DNA from: an uncultured Holophagales bacterium
GTDB lineage: Bacteria > Acidobacteriota > Thermoanaerobaculia > Multivoradales > UBA5704
Length of the DNA: 64,000 bases
NCBI GenBank assembly: GCA_963842525.1
Contig: CAWJGT010000003.1
Span: forward strand, 672,001-736,000
Reading direction: 5' to 3'
Shown: positions 30,640-42,078 of the stretch, one piece after another
Numbering within the stretch: position 1 is the stretch's first letter
How the letters are laid out: each line of letters begins with the position of its first letter
Made by a program: the position numbers and the translations under genes
The notes under the pieces: model-generated
The model's input: only the letters and a program-made list of their open reading frames with translations
Databases searched by the model: none
What the model was told of the DNA's origin: nothing

Positions 30640-31028
30640 ATGCCTGGCAGAACGTATGCCGTGATTCAGAAGAAATTGGAGCTGCGGAGAAAGGCGCTGG
30701 CGGCGAACAACCAGGAGCTTCCCCACCTGGAGATGCCTCGGGTCAAGCTCGACGAGGTGCTGAACCAGGTGAAGGACCTCACGGCGCAGCAGGCGAGCCT
30801 CACCGCCGCCAAACAGGAGGTCTCGAAGCGTCTCGCAGAATCCATGCGCGAGGGGGAGATCCTGATGGCCTTCTTGGATGCCGGCGTCAAGCAGCACTAC
30901 GGCAACCGGTCGGAGAAGACTGGTGGAGTTCGGCCTGCAACCCTTCCGCAGTCAGCCGCGCATCCGCCTGGTCGGGCCGGCCGGCGAGCCTCTGAAGCGG
31001 AGCTCCCCCGCCGCCGGCGAACCCGTAG
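30640..31028 (+). CDS. Small helical/coiled-coil protein of unknown function (SEKLVEFGLQPFR family), paralog 1; frameshift near 30918; end approximate
   Basis: AGAGGAG RBS; LPHLEMPRVKL...LTAQQASLTAAKQEVSKRL...GVKQHYGNRSEK|LVEFGLQPFR; homologous to 60117..60494. Confidence 0.8.
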
Positions 31029-31052
31029 TCCTTGCGTTTGCCGGAAGCCTCC

Positions 31053-31083
31053 GGGGCGTGGCCACAAGCCATGCCCCTTTTTT
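31053..31083 (+). terminator. Intrinsic terminator
   Basis: GGGGCGTGGC-CACAA-GCCATGCCCC-TTTTTT. Confidence 0.8.
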
Positions 31084-31130
31084 CTTGTCCTCGTACCTTC
31101 CCGACCTGAGTCTCAGGCTCCGCTCTCCCT

Positions 31131-31536
31131 GAGTCAGGTTCAACCTGACTGCGGAAAAGTTGAACCTGAACCGAAGCCGGATTCGACCTGACCTTGGGAA
31201 AGTTGAACCTGACTGGAGTCAACCTCAACCTGACCAATATCAGGTTCTACTCGACCGAGGTCAGACTCAACCTTACTGTAGAAAAATTGAGCTGACCGCA
31301 GTCAACTTCAATCTGACCGAAGTCAGGCTCCACTTGACCGGAGTCAGGTTCAACCTGATCGCGAAAGGTCGAGCCTTGCCGTGGTCAACCTCAACCTGAC
31401 TGGAGTCAGGCTTCACTTGGCCGAAGTCAGCTTCGGCCTGACCATGGAAAGGTTGAGCCTGACTGCAGTCAACCTCGACCTGACCGGAGTCAGATTTCAC
31501 TCGATCGAGGTCAGGTTTAACCTGACTGCGGAGAGG
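31131..31536. repeat. Array of about 19 degenerate 21-bp palindromic units
   Basis: Consensus GGAGTCAGGTTCAACCTGAC(T/C); core AGTCAGGTT-C-AACCTGACT is self-complementary. Confidence 0.9.
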
Positions 31537-31607
31537 CGCCTACTGTATCCCGGAAGGGCCTCTTGGCACTCGACGGACTTTCCACACCCTGCTGGGTTCC
31601 TCCAGCG

Positions 31608-33515
31608 TCATGCGGATTGTACCCGGTTGTATTCGTGGAAGCTCAGGCTCCCGGCGGGCTCAAGCGGGACGTGGAGCGCCGGCCGGAAGAGTAGCATCAG
31701 GCGCCGGGCCGACCTCGGCAGGTGTTTCAGTACCTGTCCGTTCGTTAAGGTTAAGATCACCCACAGGTATCGGCTTAGTTTTAGTGGGACAGTCTGGTGC
31801 ATCAGGACTTCCGGCGGCGAGTGATTCGTTGTCATCGATGAGCGGAGCGATCACAGGGCGGGGGCCGCCAGCGTCTTTTCCCGGTTGTTGCAGGTGGCCG
31901 TCAAATCGGCCTGCTTGGTCTGCCAGCCTTTTTCGAGCTTGGTCTTCAGCGCGGCTACGGCCGTCTTCCATCTCGTCACCTGTTCCGTGGAAAGGAGGCG
32001 AGGCAGCGGCCGGGGGAACCCCCCCAGGTACTCCCACCGCTTCTCGGGACTGGCGAGGGCTGCGGATCTCCTTCAGTCGCGGATCGGTTTTTTCCTCTTT
32101 GGCGGTGGTGACATCTTTGATCTTCGCCAGGGCGAGTTCGGCCTCGTCGAGGCTGGTCGCCAGGTTCTCGAACGCCGATGCCGCTGACGAGTTCTCCGCA
32201 CAACCCCTCGATCGCGTTCGCCTGACAGTCGCGCATCATCGATCCCTGCCGCGGAATCAAGGTGAGTTTGCGCTCGCGCAAGGCGCTCTCGATCGATGCT
32301 TTGGCCTCTTCGCACGTTTTCGCGAACCAGCGATGGGAACGAGGCAGCGGTCCGTCGGATAGGGTCCGCAGAACTGCGTCGGCAGTCGATTCTCGTCGCA
32401 GATCGGTGCCGAGCGCGGGCTGGCGGCGAGAAACGCCACCGGGTCGAGATTGGGGGCGAAGGGCCCGGGAGGTTTCGACAAGAGATAGAACGGAACATCG
32501 AAGGGCAAGGACTCGGTGATCCTGCCCCGCTGGAGGTTGATCTCCACCACCGTGCCAGGATCCCAGCCCTCCCACTCATTGTCTTTCCCGATCACGACAG
32601 GCACCACGATCCCGGCCAATCCAATGAGCGCAATCAAAGCCAAGATGAGGATCTTCGGATTCTGATACCACCTCCCGGGTGGCGCGTAGAGATGGCCGTC
32701 CGGGGTGCGCATGAAGACCACCGGTGTTGCCCATTCGAAGCCTTCCGGGTCCATCGAATGCACCGCCTGCCGCGCTTCGGTGACCGCGAGATCCACCGGG
32801 TCACCGGCCACCAGCCCGCGATAGAACGTCCGACTGAAGACGATCGCCGCCTGATCGGAGATCGGCGTCCGCATTGCGGCCACGGCGGGCAGCCCTCCCA
32901 GCACCAGGGATGCCGCGACTCCCGCAAAAAGGCCGGCTCCTCCCGTACTTCCCGAATCACAGCGCGTTGAGCACGGCGAGACGCAGGGACGGGATGTCCG
33001 CAAGCTTGTTAGCCAGATCCTCACCCCGGATCGGGTCGCCACCTCGGTCCGGGCGCTCGAACCAGAGGAGGCTCCCTTCGGCCGCCGCGAAGTCGCCATG
33101 GCCCATGAAAGGGAGGATGTGGCACTCCCTCTCGAGCAGGGCGGGACCGCCAGATATCGGACGAAGAGGCGACGCCGGCTGAGCGCCAGGAATTCCGGGG
33201 TGCCCGGCTGCCGCATGAGCCCCAGGGCAGATCCTGCAAGGGAGCGACTTGGGGCTCACGCGGGTCGATCATCAGCTTGATCCGCAAACCGAGATCCGGC
33301 TGGCCCTCGATCTGGTCCAGACAACGCTCGTAAAGGCGCAGAACCTCGCCGGAAAAGAGGGCCTCGAAGAGCTCTTCGCCGATCCCCCGGTGGGCTTCCA
33401 GTCGCCCTCCCTCCTTGTGCACAGTTAGATGCCGCCAGCCGGCGATAGCCTCCGAAAGGCCGGCGCGCTGCCTCGTGGCGACATCGAACGGCAGCCCGAA
33501 ATCCAGGTAGGTCAT
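31608..33515 (-). pseudogene. CHAT-domain (caspase-like) protein with TM segment; multiple frameshifts, likely decayed; 3' limit uncertain
   Basis: IGEELFEALF, LQDLPW, FMGHG, LAVLNA(C), PAVAAMRTPISDQAA, EWATPVVFMR spread over several frames. Confidence 0.78.
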
Positions 33516-33620
33516 GAGCGCGGGCGCGGAAGCGCGCCCTTCAGGTAAGACACCACCTGGAGATGACCGGGTGAGGAAACCGGAGCACGGCAAGGCCGGT
33601 TCGGGACCCTAGATCCGTCA

Positions 33621-33660
33621 TGTCATCTTGAGCGTAGCAAAGGATCTGGGGGCAGGGAGG
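33621..33660 (+). repeat. REP-like element (TGTCATyyTGAGCG...AAGGATCT family)
   Basis: Near-identical copy at 61000..61039. Confidence 0.75.
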
Positions 33661-33669
33661 TTGCACGCC

Positions 33670-34040
33670 GCGGGACCATTGCGCGGCCCCGCGGGAAATG
33701 TCCACGGTCCTGCGGTGAACCTTGCCGCTGCCGCGGGACCACTGGGAGCCACTGCAGGGAATGTCCATGGTCCCGTGGTGAACCTTGCTGTGTCCTGCGG
33801 GACCACTGGGAGCCACTGCGGGGAATGTCCATGGTCCCGTGGTGAACCACCGCCGGTACGGTGGAACCTTGCCGCTGTCGCGGGACCACTGGGAGCCACT
33901 GCGGGGAATGTCCACGGTCCCGTGGTGACGGCCACCGTCGGTGCGGTGAAACCTGCCGGTCCCGCGGGACCACTGCGAGTCACCGGGAACGTCCATGGTC
34001 CCGTGGTGGAAACCTGCCGGTCCGCGGGACCGCTGCGAGT
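33670..34040. repeat. Array of degenerate 21-bp units organised as ~63-bp super-repeats
   Basis: gcgggaccactgggagccact / gcggggaatgtccatggtccc / gtggtgaaccttgccgctgcc repeated about 5 times; GGTCCCGCGGGACC palindromic junction. Confidence 0.88.
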
Positions 34041-34055
34041 CCCTACTTTAGGGAC

Positions 34056-35798
34056 CTACGGCAGCTCGATCTCCCAGGTCTCCTTCCGCACGTTCCCCAC
34101 CAGGTCGGCTACCTCGAGATCCAGGGCGATCCTCCGGCCGTCCCGCCTGGACCGGAAGGTGAGATAGAAGATGCGGGCACCGGAGTCCTCGGGGAGGATA
34201 CGCAGCATCTGGCCGGCCCCCAGGACGACATTGCGTCCGCCGGCCGAGAGCCGGGCTCCCGGCGCATGGAGGTAGAGCCGCGGCAGGTCGGCCTCGATCC
34301 GGAGGGCTTCGACCGGCAGGTCCGTCCAGCGCACCCCGCCCGACACGCTGATCGGGCCGGACTGGCCGCGTTTTCCCTTGGGGTTGCGGTACCCTCCAAA
34401 GGGTTGGTAGTCGCCGAGGTCCCAGCGCAGGTCCGGGGGTGTGTCATCCAAGGTCACCCGGATGGGTGCGAATGTCCCCCGGTTGCCGCAACGGTCGACG
34501 GCCACGGCGCCGATCTCCAGCGGCCCGGCGGGGAGCCGCGCGATCGGCCCTGCGGCCTCCTGCCCCTGGACGACCGGCAGCCAGAGGGCCACGCCGCTCC
34601 CGGCGTCGGCCGCCGCCAGCTCGGGCCGGACGTCCGGGCCGGCGAAGAGGACGTCCCCCAGCAGGACCTGCGGACCGGCGAGCGAGAGGGTGCCGGCCGG
34701 CGGCTCGAGGTCGGCCTGCTGCGAGGTGACCGCGAGCTTCGCCGGCTCGCCCGGATAGCCGTCGAGCCCCGAGCGGCTGCGGGCCGTGGCGCGCCAGAAC
34801 AGCTCGCCGGCGGGCAGCGACGAGGGCCGCCACGAGGTGCCGGAGAGCGCGGTCACGCGCTCCACCAGGGCGCCGCAGGCGGGGTCGCGGCAGACCTCCA
34901 CGGTGTAGGAGACCGCGTCCGCGACCGGCTGCCAGGTGAGGACCGGGTTCGAGCATGCCACCTCGGCCCCGGGCGCCGGCGCGAGCGGTTGCGGAGCGGC
35001 GAGCAGCTTCTCGGGCGGTGCAGGCGGGCCCGAGGCCGCCACCGCGGTGCCCATCCCTTCGGGCACCCGGACCTTCGTGCCTCCCGCCTCGACCTCGCCC
35101 TCGCCGCCGTAGATCATGATCCGGGCGCCGCCCTCTTCGGCCTTGCGGGCGCGGCTGCGGGCCTTACCGGCGGCATCCGGCCGCGCTGTCGTGCGGCTCC
35201 CGCCGAGCACGATCTCGACCTCGGGCCGACGCCCGGCCCGACCCGCCTGGGGCAGGACCTCGAGGTCCGCCTGTCCCTCGACGATCTCCACCGACTTGCG
35301 CTCGACACCGCGCAGCGCGCCCTGGACCTTCTGCAGGAAGACCAGCGAGTCTTCGGTCACCCGCAGGAGGGTACCGTCGAGGAACTCCATCTCGGCGGAC
35401 GACCTGGGGTAGGTCCGCAGCCCGTCGCGCTCCACCAGGAGGTCGCCGAGCTGCGCAGCGGACCATGGGATCGGCCGGGGCAGCGCCTCGACCTTGCGCG
35501 ACAGCCGCGAGAGCTGGGCCGCGGAGGAAGGGCCGCGGGGGACGAAGATGTGGATCCGCTGCCCCGGCACGAGCCGGTTCGGATCGCGGATCTCCGGGTT
35601 CAGCCGTGCGAACGCGGGCCAGAGCCTCTCGGCGCCGAGGTACGACTTCGCGAGCCCCTCGAGGGTGTCGCCTGGACGCACGATGTGCGATCCCGGCTCG
35701 GTGCCCTCGGGCACCTGGGCTGGTGCGGGCCCGGCGCGGAGAGCGCAGAGGATGGCGAGGATCAATCCGGAGGCTGAGCGGCGGCCAATTCGGGGCAT
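34056..35798 (-). CDS. Secreted LysM-FecR-FN3-like domain protein
   Basis: Signal peptide; HIVRPGDTLEGLA...LNPEIRDPNRLVPGQ (LysM); RTYPRSSAEMEFLDGTLLRVTEDS (FecR-like); LTWQPV..YTVEV. Confidence 0.88.
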   Translation of the reverse strand: MPRIGRRSASGLILAILCALRAGPAPAQVPEGTEPGSHIVRPGDTLEGLAKSYLGAERLWPAFARLNPEIRDPNRLVPGQRIHIFVPRGPSSAAQLSRLSRKVEALPRPIPWSAAQLGDLLVERDGLRTYPRSSAEMEFLDGTLLRVTEDSLVFLQKVQGALRGVERKSVEIVEGQADLEVLPQAGRAGRRPEVEIVLGGSRTTARPDAAGKARSRARKAEEGGARIMIYGGEGEVEAGGTKVRVPEGMGTAVAASGPPAPPEKLLAAPQPLAPAPGAEVACSNPVLTWQPVADAVSYTVEVCRDPACGALVERVTALSGTSWRPSSLPAGELFWRATARSRSGLDGYPGEPAKLAVTSQQADLEPPAGTLSLAGPQVLLGDVLFAGPDVRPELAAADAGSGVALWLPVVQGQEAAGPIARLPAGPLEIGAVAVDRCGNRGTFAPIRVTLDDTPPDLRWDLGDYQPFGGYRNPKGKRGQSGPISVSGGVRWTDLPVEALRIEADLPRLYLHAPGARLSAGGRNVVLGAGQMLRILPEDSGARIFYLTFRSRRDGRRIALDLEVADLVGNVRKETWEIELP

Positions 35799-35927
35799 CG
35801 GTTCTCTCCTTGTCCCAACATTCTGCACCGGATGACCTTAGGCGCGCCATCACGTTGACGCCCCGCCGCTTTCCGGGCAGACTGCGGGGCCTGTGCCGCG
35901 GCTGCGGACGCGGGGAGGCGTAGCGCG

Positions 35928-37067
35928 ATGAAGAAGATCCTGGTGGTGGACGACGAGCCCGCGGTGCTCTTCGCCCTCTCGGAAGCCCTCACCGACAAGC
36001 GGCGCGGTCTCAAGGTGGTCACCGCCCGCGACGGCCGGGAGGCGATGGCAATCCTGGACTCCGACCGCATCCACCTGGTGGTTACGGACCTGCGGATGCC
36101 CGAGGTGGACGGCTTCGAGCTGCTCGCCCACCTGCGCCGCACGCGGCCCGAGCTGCCGGTGATCGTCATGACGGCGCTCGGCTCGGCCGAGACCTCCGGC
36201 CGGCTCGAGCCGGAGGGCGTGCTGGAATGCCTCAGCAAGCCGTTCGACATCGCCGTCCTGCAGCAGAAGATCCACGAAAAGCTGGCGCAGCGGGTCACCG
36301 GCCGCGTCGAGAACATCAGCCTCGCCTCGTTCCTCCAGCTCCTGGAGATGGAGCGCAAGACCTGCACGCTGAGCATCACCGCGGCCGAGCGCAGCGGCCG
36401 GCTCTACTTCCGGAGCGGCAAGCTGGTCGGCGCCGAGACCGCCGACCTCGCGGCCTCGGAGGCGGCCCTGGAGGTCGTCACCTGGGAGCACGCGGACATC
36501 GAGATCTCGGAGGCCTGCCCCGTGGAGGGACCGCCCCTGCCAGGCGGCCTGCCGTTCCTCCTCCTCGAGGCGATGCGGCTCAAGGACGAACGGTTGCGGG
36601 CCGGCGGGGCCGACGACGAGGCCGAGATCGACGCCCTGCTCTTCGCGCCGATCCCCGCCGCGGTGGCGCCGCCCGCGGCCCATCCCTCCGATCCTTCCGG
36701 GCAGGTCCGCGAGGCCCTCGACCGGGGGAGGGGGATCGAAGGGGCCCTCGCCACCCTGCTCGCCTCGACCGCGGGCACCGTCCTGGCCGCCGCCATCGGT
36801 ACGAAGTCGGTGGACCTGGAGGGGGCCGCCGCGGCCGCCGCGGCGCTACTGCGCCGCAAGGAGGAGATCGAGGACAGACTGGGCCGGCGCGAAACGGTCG
36901 AGGAGCTGCTGCTCGCCACGGCCCGGCGCTGGTACCTGGTGCGCCCCGTCGGCGCGGCGGAGGACCGGTTCCTGCTGCTGATCCTCGACCGCCGGAAGGC
37001 CGACCTCGCCCTCGCCCAGGCCGAGCTGGCCGCCATTGCCCGCGACCTGTTGGAGCCGGAGCGGTGA
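35928..37067 (+). CDS. Response regulator receiver + DUF4388/PATAN-like + Roadblock/LC7-like domain protein
   Basis: ILVVDDE, TDLRMP, SKPF; ISLASFLQLLEMERKTCTL..GRLYFRSG; C-terminal VEELLL...YLVRP...FLLLILDR...LALA. Confidence 0.85.
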   Translation: MKKILVVDDEPAVLFALSEALTDKRRGLKVVTARDGREAMAILDSDRIHLVVTDLRMPEVDGFELLAHLRRTRPELPVIVMTALGSAETSGRLEPEGVLECLSKPFDIAVLQQKIHEKLAQRVTGRVENISLASFLQLLEMERKTCTLSITAAERSGRLYFRSGKLVGAETADLAASEAALEVVTWEHADIEISEACPVEGPPLPGGLPFLLLEAMRLKDERLRAGGADDEAEIDALLFAPIPAAVAPPAAHPSDPSGQVREALDRGRGIEGALATLLASTAGTVLAAAIGTKSVDLEGAAAAAAALLRRKEEIEDRLGRRETVEELLLATARRWYLVRPVGAAEDRFLLLILDRRKADLALAQAELAAIARDLLEPER

Positions 37068-37073
37068 ACGGAC

Positions 37074-37141
37074 AAAAAAAGAGGGACGGTCACTCCGTCC
37101 CTGAGGAGGCGCCGCCATTGAGGCGGTCGTTGTCGCCAACC
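37074..37141 (-). ncRNA. Candidate sigma54-dependent sRNA (~68 nt)
   Basis: Begins 12 nt after a -12 box; GUUG-GCGA-CAAC, CCGCC-UCAAU-GGCGG, unpaired CCUCCU, terminator AGGGACGG-AGUGA-CCGUCCCU-C-U7. Confidence 0.68.
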
Positions 37142-37151
37142 AAGTGTCTTT

Positions 37152-37167
37152 CGCAAGGCGGATGCCA
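37152..37167 (-). promoter_or_regulatory. sigma54 -24/-12 promoter
   Basis: Minus strand TGGCATCCGCCTTGCG. Confidence 0.72.
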
Positions 37168-37309
37168 GCCCCGCCGCCGCCGAAGAAATTTCGGCAAGCC
37201 GTTCTGATTCAGAGAGTTGCGAGACGCGGCGCGAATTCGAGGCCGGCGGGAATGGTCCGGCCTTCGGGTACGTTTGCCATAATGTCGAGGTGAAAAGACC
37301 ATAGAGATC

Positions 37310-38836
<1,527 letters not shown>

Positions 38837-38840
38837 GGCC

Positions 38841-40325
38841 CTACTCCTTCGCGGCGAGGATCCGGGATTCGCGTCGCGCCCGGAGGTCGCGGAGCGCGCG
38901 GAGCATGTCCGCCTCCCGGTCGCGGATTCCCAGCTTGCGGAATTTCTCCAGGGCCTGCTCGTAGGCCTCCTCGGCGGAGGCGAGATTGCCGGCGTGCCGG
39001 TCGATGTCGGCGAGGCCCGCGAGGCCGTTCGCGATGCCCTCTTCGTCTCCCATCTCGCTAGAGATCTCAAGGGCTGCCCGGTACGCGGCGCGGGCGTTGT
39101 CGAGATGGCCCCGCGCGAGCTCCAGCCTGCCGATCTCGCCCTGCAGTGCGGCGATCTTGCGCCCATCGCCCTCGCCTTCGCTGCACTTTGCATCCAGGGC
39201 CTGCCTGTAGCCCTCCAGCGCCCGCGGCAGGTCGCCCGCCAGCTCCGCGAGCTGTGCCGTCTTCATGAGCGCCTGCGATGTACCCTGCGCCTCGGTCCGC
39301 GGTCCGACTTCGACGCGCGGGTACACGAGGGCGAGGGCGCCGGCGAGGACGAAGAGCAGGAGCGCGGCCACGCTGGTCCACCGCGTGGACCGCCCCCACC
39401 ACAGCGTCTCCGGCTCCCGTGACGGGGCGTCCGGGGTCCCCCCTTCCAGCGCGCGGACGATCTCGCCGAGGTCCGTGAAGCGACCCGCCGGCTCGCGTTC
39501 CAGGCAACGCAGGATGACCGACTCCCAGGCCGGATCGAGCTCGGGAACCAGCGCGCGGGGTGCGGGCGGGTCCTCCTGAAGGCGTTTGAGGGCGGTGTAG
39601 AAGGCGCTCTTGCCGAGGAACGGCAGCTCGCCCGTGACCATCTCGTAGAGGACCACGCCCAGCGCGTAGACGTCGGCTGCCGGGGTCGCCTTTTCGCCGC
39701 GCACCTGCTCGGGAGCCATGTACGCGGGCGATCCGATCAGCTCGCCGGTCGCGGTGAGGGTCTCCGACGAGCCCTCCTCCTGCTCCAGGTTCCAGGCGAA
39801 GCCGAAATCGGTGACCACCGCGCGCGCCCCTCCCGAGCCCGCGGTGCCGACCAGGAACACGTTCGAGCTCTTGAGGTCCCGATGGACGATCCCGGCGGCG
39901 TGGGCGGCCGCGAGGGCCGCGACGATCTGCCGCACGATGGGCAGCGCCTCGGCCGGGGTCAGCCGGCACCGGTGGGCCAGCCGCTCCTCCAGCGTCTCGC
40001 CGCGGAGGAGCTCCAGGGTCAGGAACACCCGGGTCCCCCGCGGGTCGCGGTGGTGGACCAGATCGTAGGTGCGGCAGAGGCTCGGGTGGCTCACCCGCCG
40101 CGCGAGCTGGATCTCCTGCTGGAACCGGCGCAGGATCCGCTCGTCGTCCGTGATGTCGGGGCGCAGGACCTTGACCGCGATCCGCTTGCCGAGCTCCAGG
40201 TCCTCCGCCTCGTACACCTCGCCCACCGAGCCCTGCCCCAGGCACGAGACGATCCTGTAGCGTTCGGCCAGGACCTCGCCGTCACAGAGTGTCGGAGGCG
40301 GCGGTTCCACGGGTGGGGTGACCAT
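38841..40325 (-). CDS. Ser/Thr protein kinase with TM segment and TPR repeats
   Basis: IAVK, HRDLKSSN, DFG, GSPAYMAPE, DVYALG; C-terminal TPR-like helices; TACAAT 6 nt before the ATG suggests a leaderless mRNA. Confidence 0.92.
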   Translation of the reverse strand: MVTPPVEPPPPTLCDGEVLAERYRIVSCLGQGSVGEVYEAEDLELGKRIAVKVLRPDITDDERILRRFQQEIQLARRVSHPSLCRTYDLVHHRDPRGTRVFLTLELLRGETLEERLAHRCRLTPAEALPIVRQIVAALAAAHAAGIVHRDLKSSNVFLVGTAGSGGARAVVTDFGFAWNLEQEEGSSETLTATGELIGSPAYMAPEQVRGEKATPAADVYALGVVLYEMVTGELPFLGKSAFYTALKRLQEDPPAPRALVPELDPAWESVILRCLEREPAGRFTDLGEIVRALEGGTPDAPSREPETLWWGRSTRWTSVAALLLFVLAGALALVYPRVEVGPRTEAQGTSQALMKTAQLAELAGDLPRALEGYRQALDAKCSEGEGDGRKIAALQGEIGRLELARGHLDNARAAYRAALEISSEMGDEEGIANGLAGLADIDRHAGNLASAEEAYEQALEKFRKLGIRDREADMLRALRDLRARRESRILAAKE

Positions 40326-40542
40326 AGAGCTATTGTACCGCGTTCATCCCTGCATTCCCTGCTACGAGATGGTTCAGAAGGCAGAGAAATAGGATGGAAA
40401 TGAATCAGAAATGAGTCAGAAAAGAATTCACTTCGAAATGCTGGCAGACTGCGCCCGCAGTTTGAAATAGCGATCCATCGATATTTCGTTCTCTCCGCTT
40501 GCGGGCTCGTGAAGACGCCTCCAGGACACTTCCGTTTCAGAG

Positions 40543-42078
40543 ATGACCGAGCACACGGACATTCCGCTCTCCTACGGCCAGCGCGCCCTCTGGTTCGTCC
40601 AGCGGCTGGCGCCGGATGCGACCGCCTACAACGTGAGCCTGCCGGCGCGGGCCCGCGGCCTCGACACTGCCGCTTTCCGCACGGCGTGGCAGGCGCTGAC
40701 TGACCGCCACCCGGCCCTGCGCACGACCTTCCCCGCTCCGGCCGGGCAGGCAGTCGGGAGGGTCTTTCCGCGCCTGGAGGTCGACTTTGCGGAGGAGGAT
40801 GCCTCGGGCTGGAGCGCGGCGACGGTCGAGCAACGGCTCGGGGACGAGGCGCACCGCCCGTTCGACCTCCAGCAGGCACCGGCCCTGCGCCTGCGGATCT
40901 TCCACCTCGCCGGAGGGGAAACCCTGTCGCTCCTCTCCCTGCATCATCTGCGCATCGATCTCTCGTCGCTCGCCGTCCTGGTCGACGAGCTCGGGGCCGC
41001 CTATGCAGCGGCGCTCGCAGGAGCACCTCTCGTGCTGCCGGCCCCCCCGGCCCCTCCGGGACCTTCCGCGACCTATGAGGAGTTCGTCCACTGGCAGGCG
41101 GAGACGCTCGCCGGAGCCCCCGGCGAGGAGCTGTGGTCCTTCTGGCGTGGGCGCCTGGCCGGGTCGCCTCCCGCGCTCGCGCTGCCGGCGGACCGTCCCC
41201 GGCCGCGCGTTCAGACCTTCCGCGGCGGCGCGCGGGAGGTCGTTTTGGGACCAGGGCTGACCCGGCCGCTCAAGGCGCTGGCCGCGTCCGAGGGGGTGAG
41301 CCTGAGCACGCTCCTCCTCGCCGCGTTCCAGGCCCTCCTGCACCGCTATAGCGGGCAGCAGGACGTCCTGGTCGGCTGCCCGGTCCCGGGTCGCGGGCTG
41401 CCTGATTTCCGGGACGTCGTGGGTTACTTCGTCAATACCGTCGTGGTCCGCGGTGACTTCGCGGGCCGGCCCGGGTTCCGCGAGGTGCTGCGGCGCGTAC
41501 ATCGCCGGGTGGAGGAGGCCCTGGAGCACCAGGACTATCCGTTCCCGCTGCTCGTCGAGCGCCTGCGTCCGCCGCGGGACCCGGGGTGTCCGCCGCTGTT
41601 CCAGGTTCTGTACGCGCTCTACCAGGGCGAAGAGGAGCGGGTGAGCCGGCTCCTCATGGGACAGGCGGGCGACGCGCTGGACCTCGGTGGCGGCCTCGTG
41701 CTCGAGCCCTGGCCGCTGCCCGGCCGGTCGGCGATGCTCGACCTGGCGCTGCTGATGAGCGACGCGGGGGACCGGATCGCGGCGAGCTTCCAGTACAATG
41801 CGGACCTCTTCGAGGCCGCTACGGTCGCCCGCCTGGCGAGCGACTTCGAGGCGGTGCTGGCGGCCGTCCTGGACGATCCCGACCGGGCGGTCGCGAGCCT
41901 GCCGGCCTCGTTGGGCGAGGCGTGCCGGAGCGCCCCGCCGCAGTCACCGCAATTACCGCAGGTCCCGCCGCCGCCCGCGTTCCCCGCCGAAAGGGCCGAC
42001 GAGAGGGCCGAGACCCGTCGCGCTCTTCTCGAGCGCCAGAAGCGCGCGCGCAGCGCCGTATCCAGGAGCCGTCCATGA
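40543..42078 (+). CDS. Stand-alone NRPS condensation-domain protein
   Basis: LSYGQRALW, RHPALRT, HHLRIDLSS, VGYFVN, HQDYPF; basic C-terminal tail. Confidence 0.92.
   Translation: MTEHTDIPLSYGQRALWFVQRLAPDATAYNVSLPARARGLDTAAFRTAWQALTDRHPALRTTFPAPAGQAVGRVFPRLEVDFAEEDASGWSAATVEQRLGDEAHRPFDLQQAPALRLRIFHLAGGETLSLLSLHHLRIDLSSLAVLVDELGAAYAAALAGAPLVLPAPPAPPGPSATYEEFVHWQAETLAGAPGEELWSFWRGRLAGSPPALALPADRPRPRVQTFRGGAREVVLGPGLTRPLKALAASEGVSLSTLLLAAFQALLHRYSGQQDVLVGCPVPGRGLPDFRDVVGYFVNTVVVRGDFAGRPGFREVLRRVHRRVEEALEHQDYPFPLLVERLRPPRDPGCPPLFQVLYALYQGEEERVSRLLMGQAGDALDLGGGLVLEPWPLPGRSAMLDLALLMSDAGDRIAASFQYNADLFEAATVARLASDFEAVLAAVLDDPDRAVASLPASLGEACRSAPPQSPQLPQVPPPPAFPAERADERAETRRALLERQKRARSAVSRSRP

Noticed and set aside
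31131-31536. CRISPR array (also 33670-34040 and 60592-60875)
   Set aside because: Contiguous degenerate 21-bp units with no unique spacers; no cas genes in the window.
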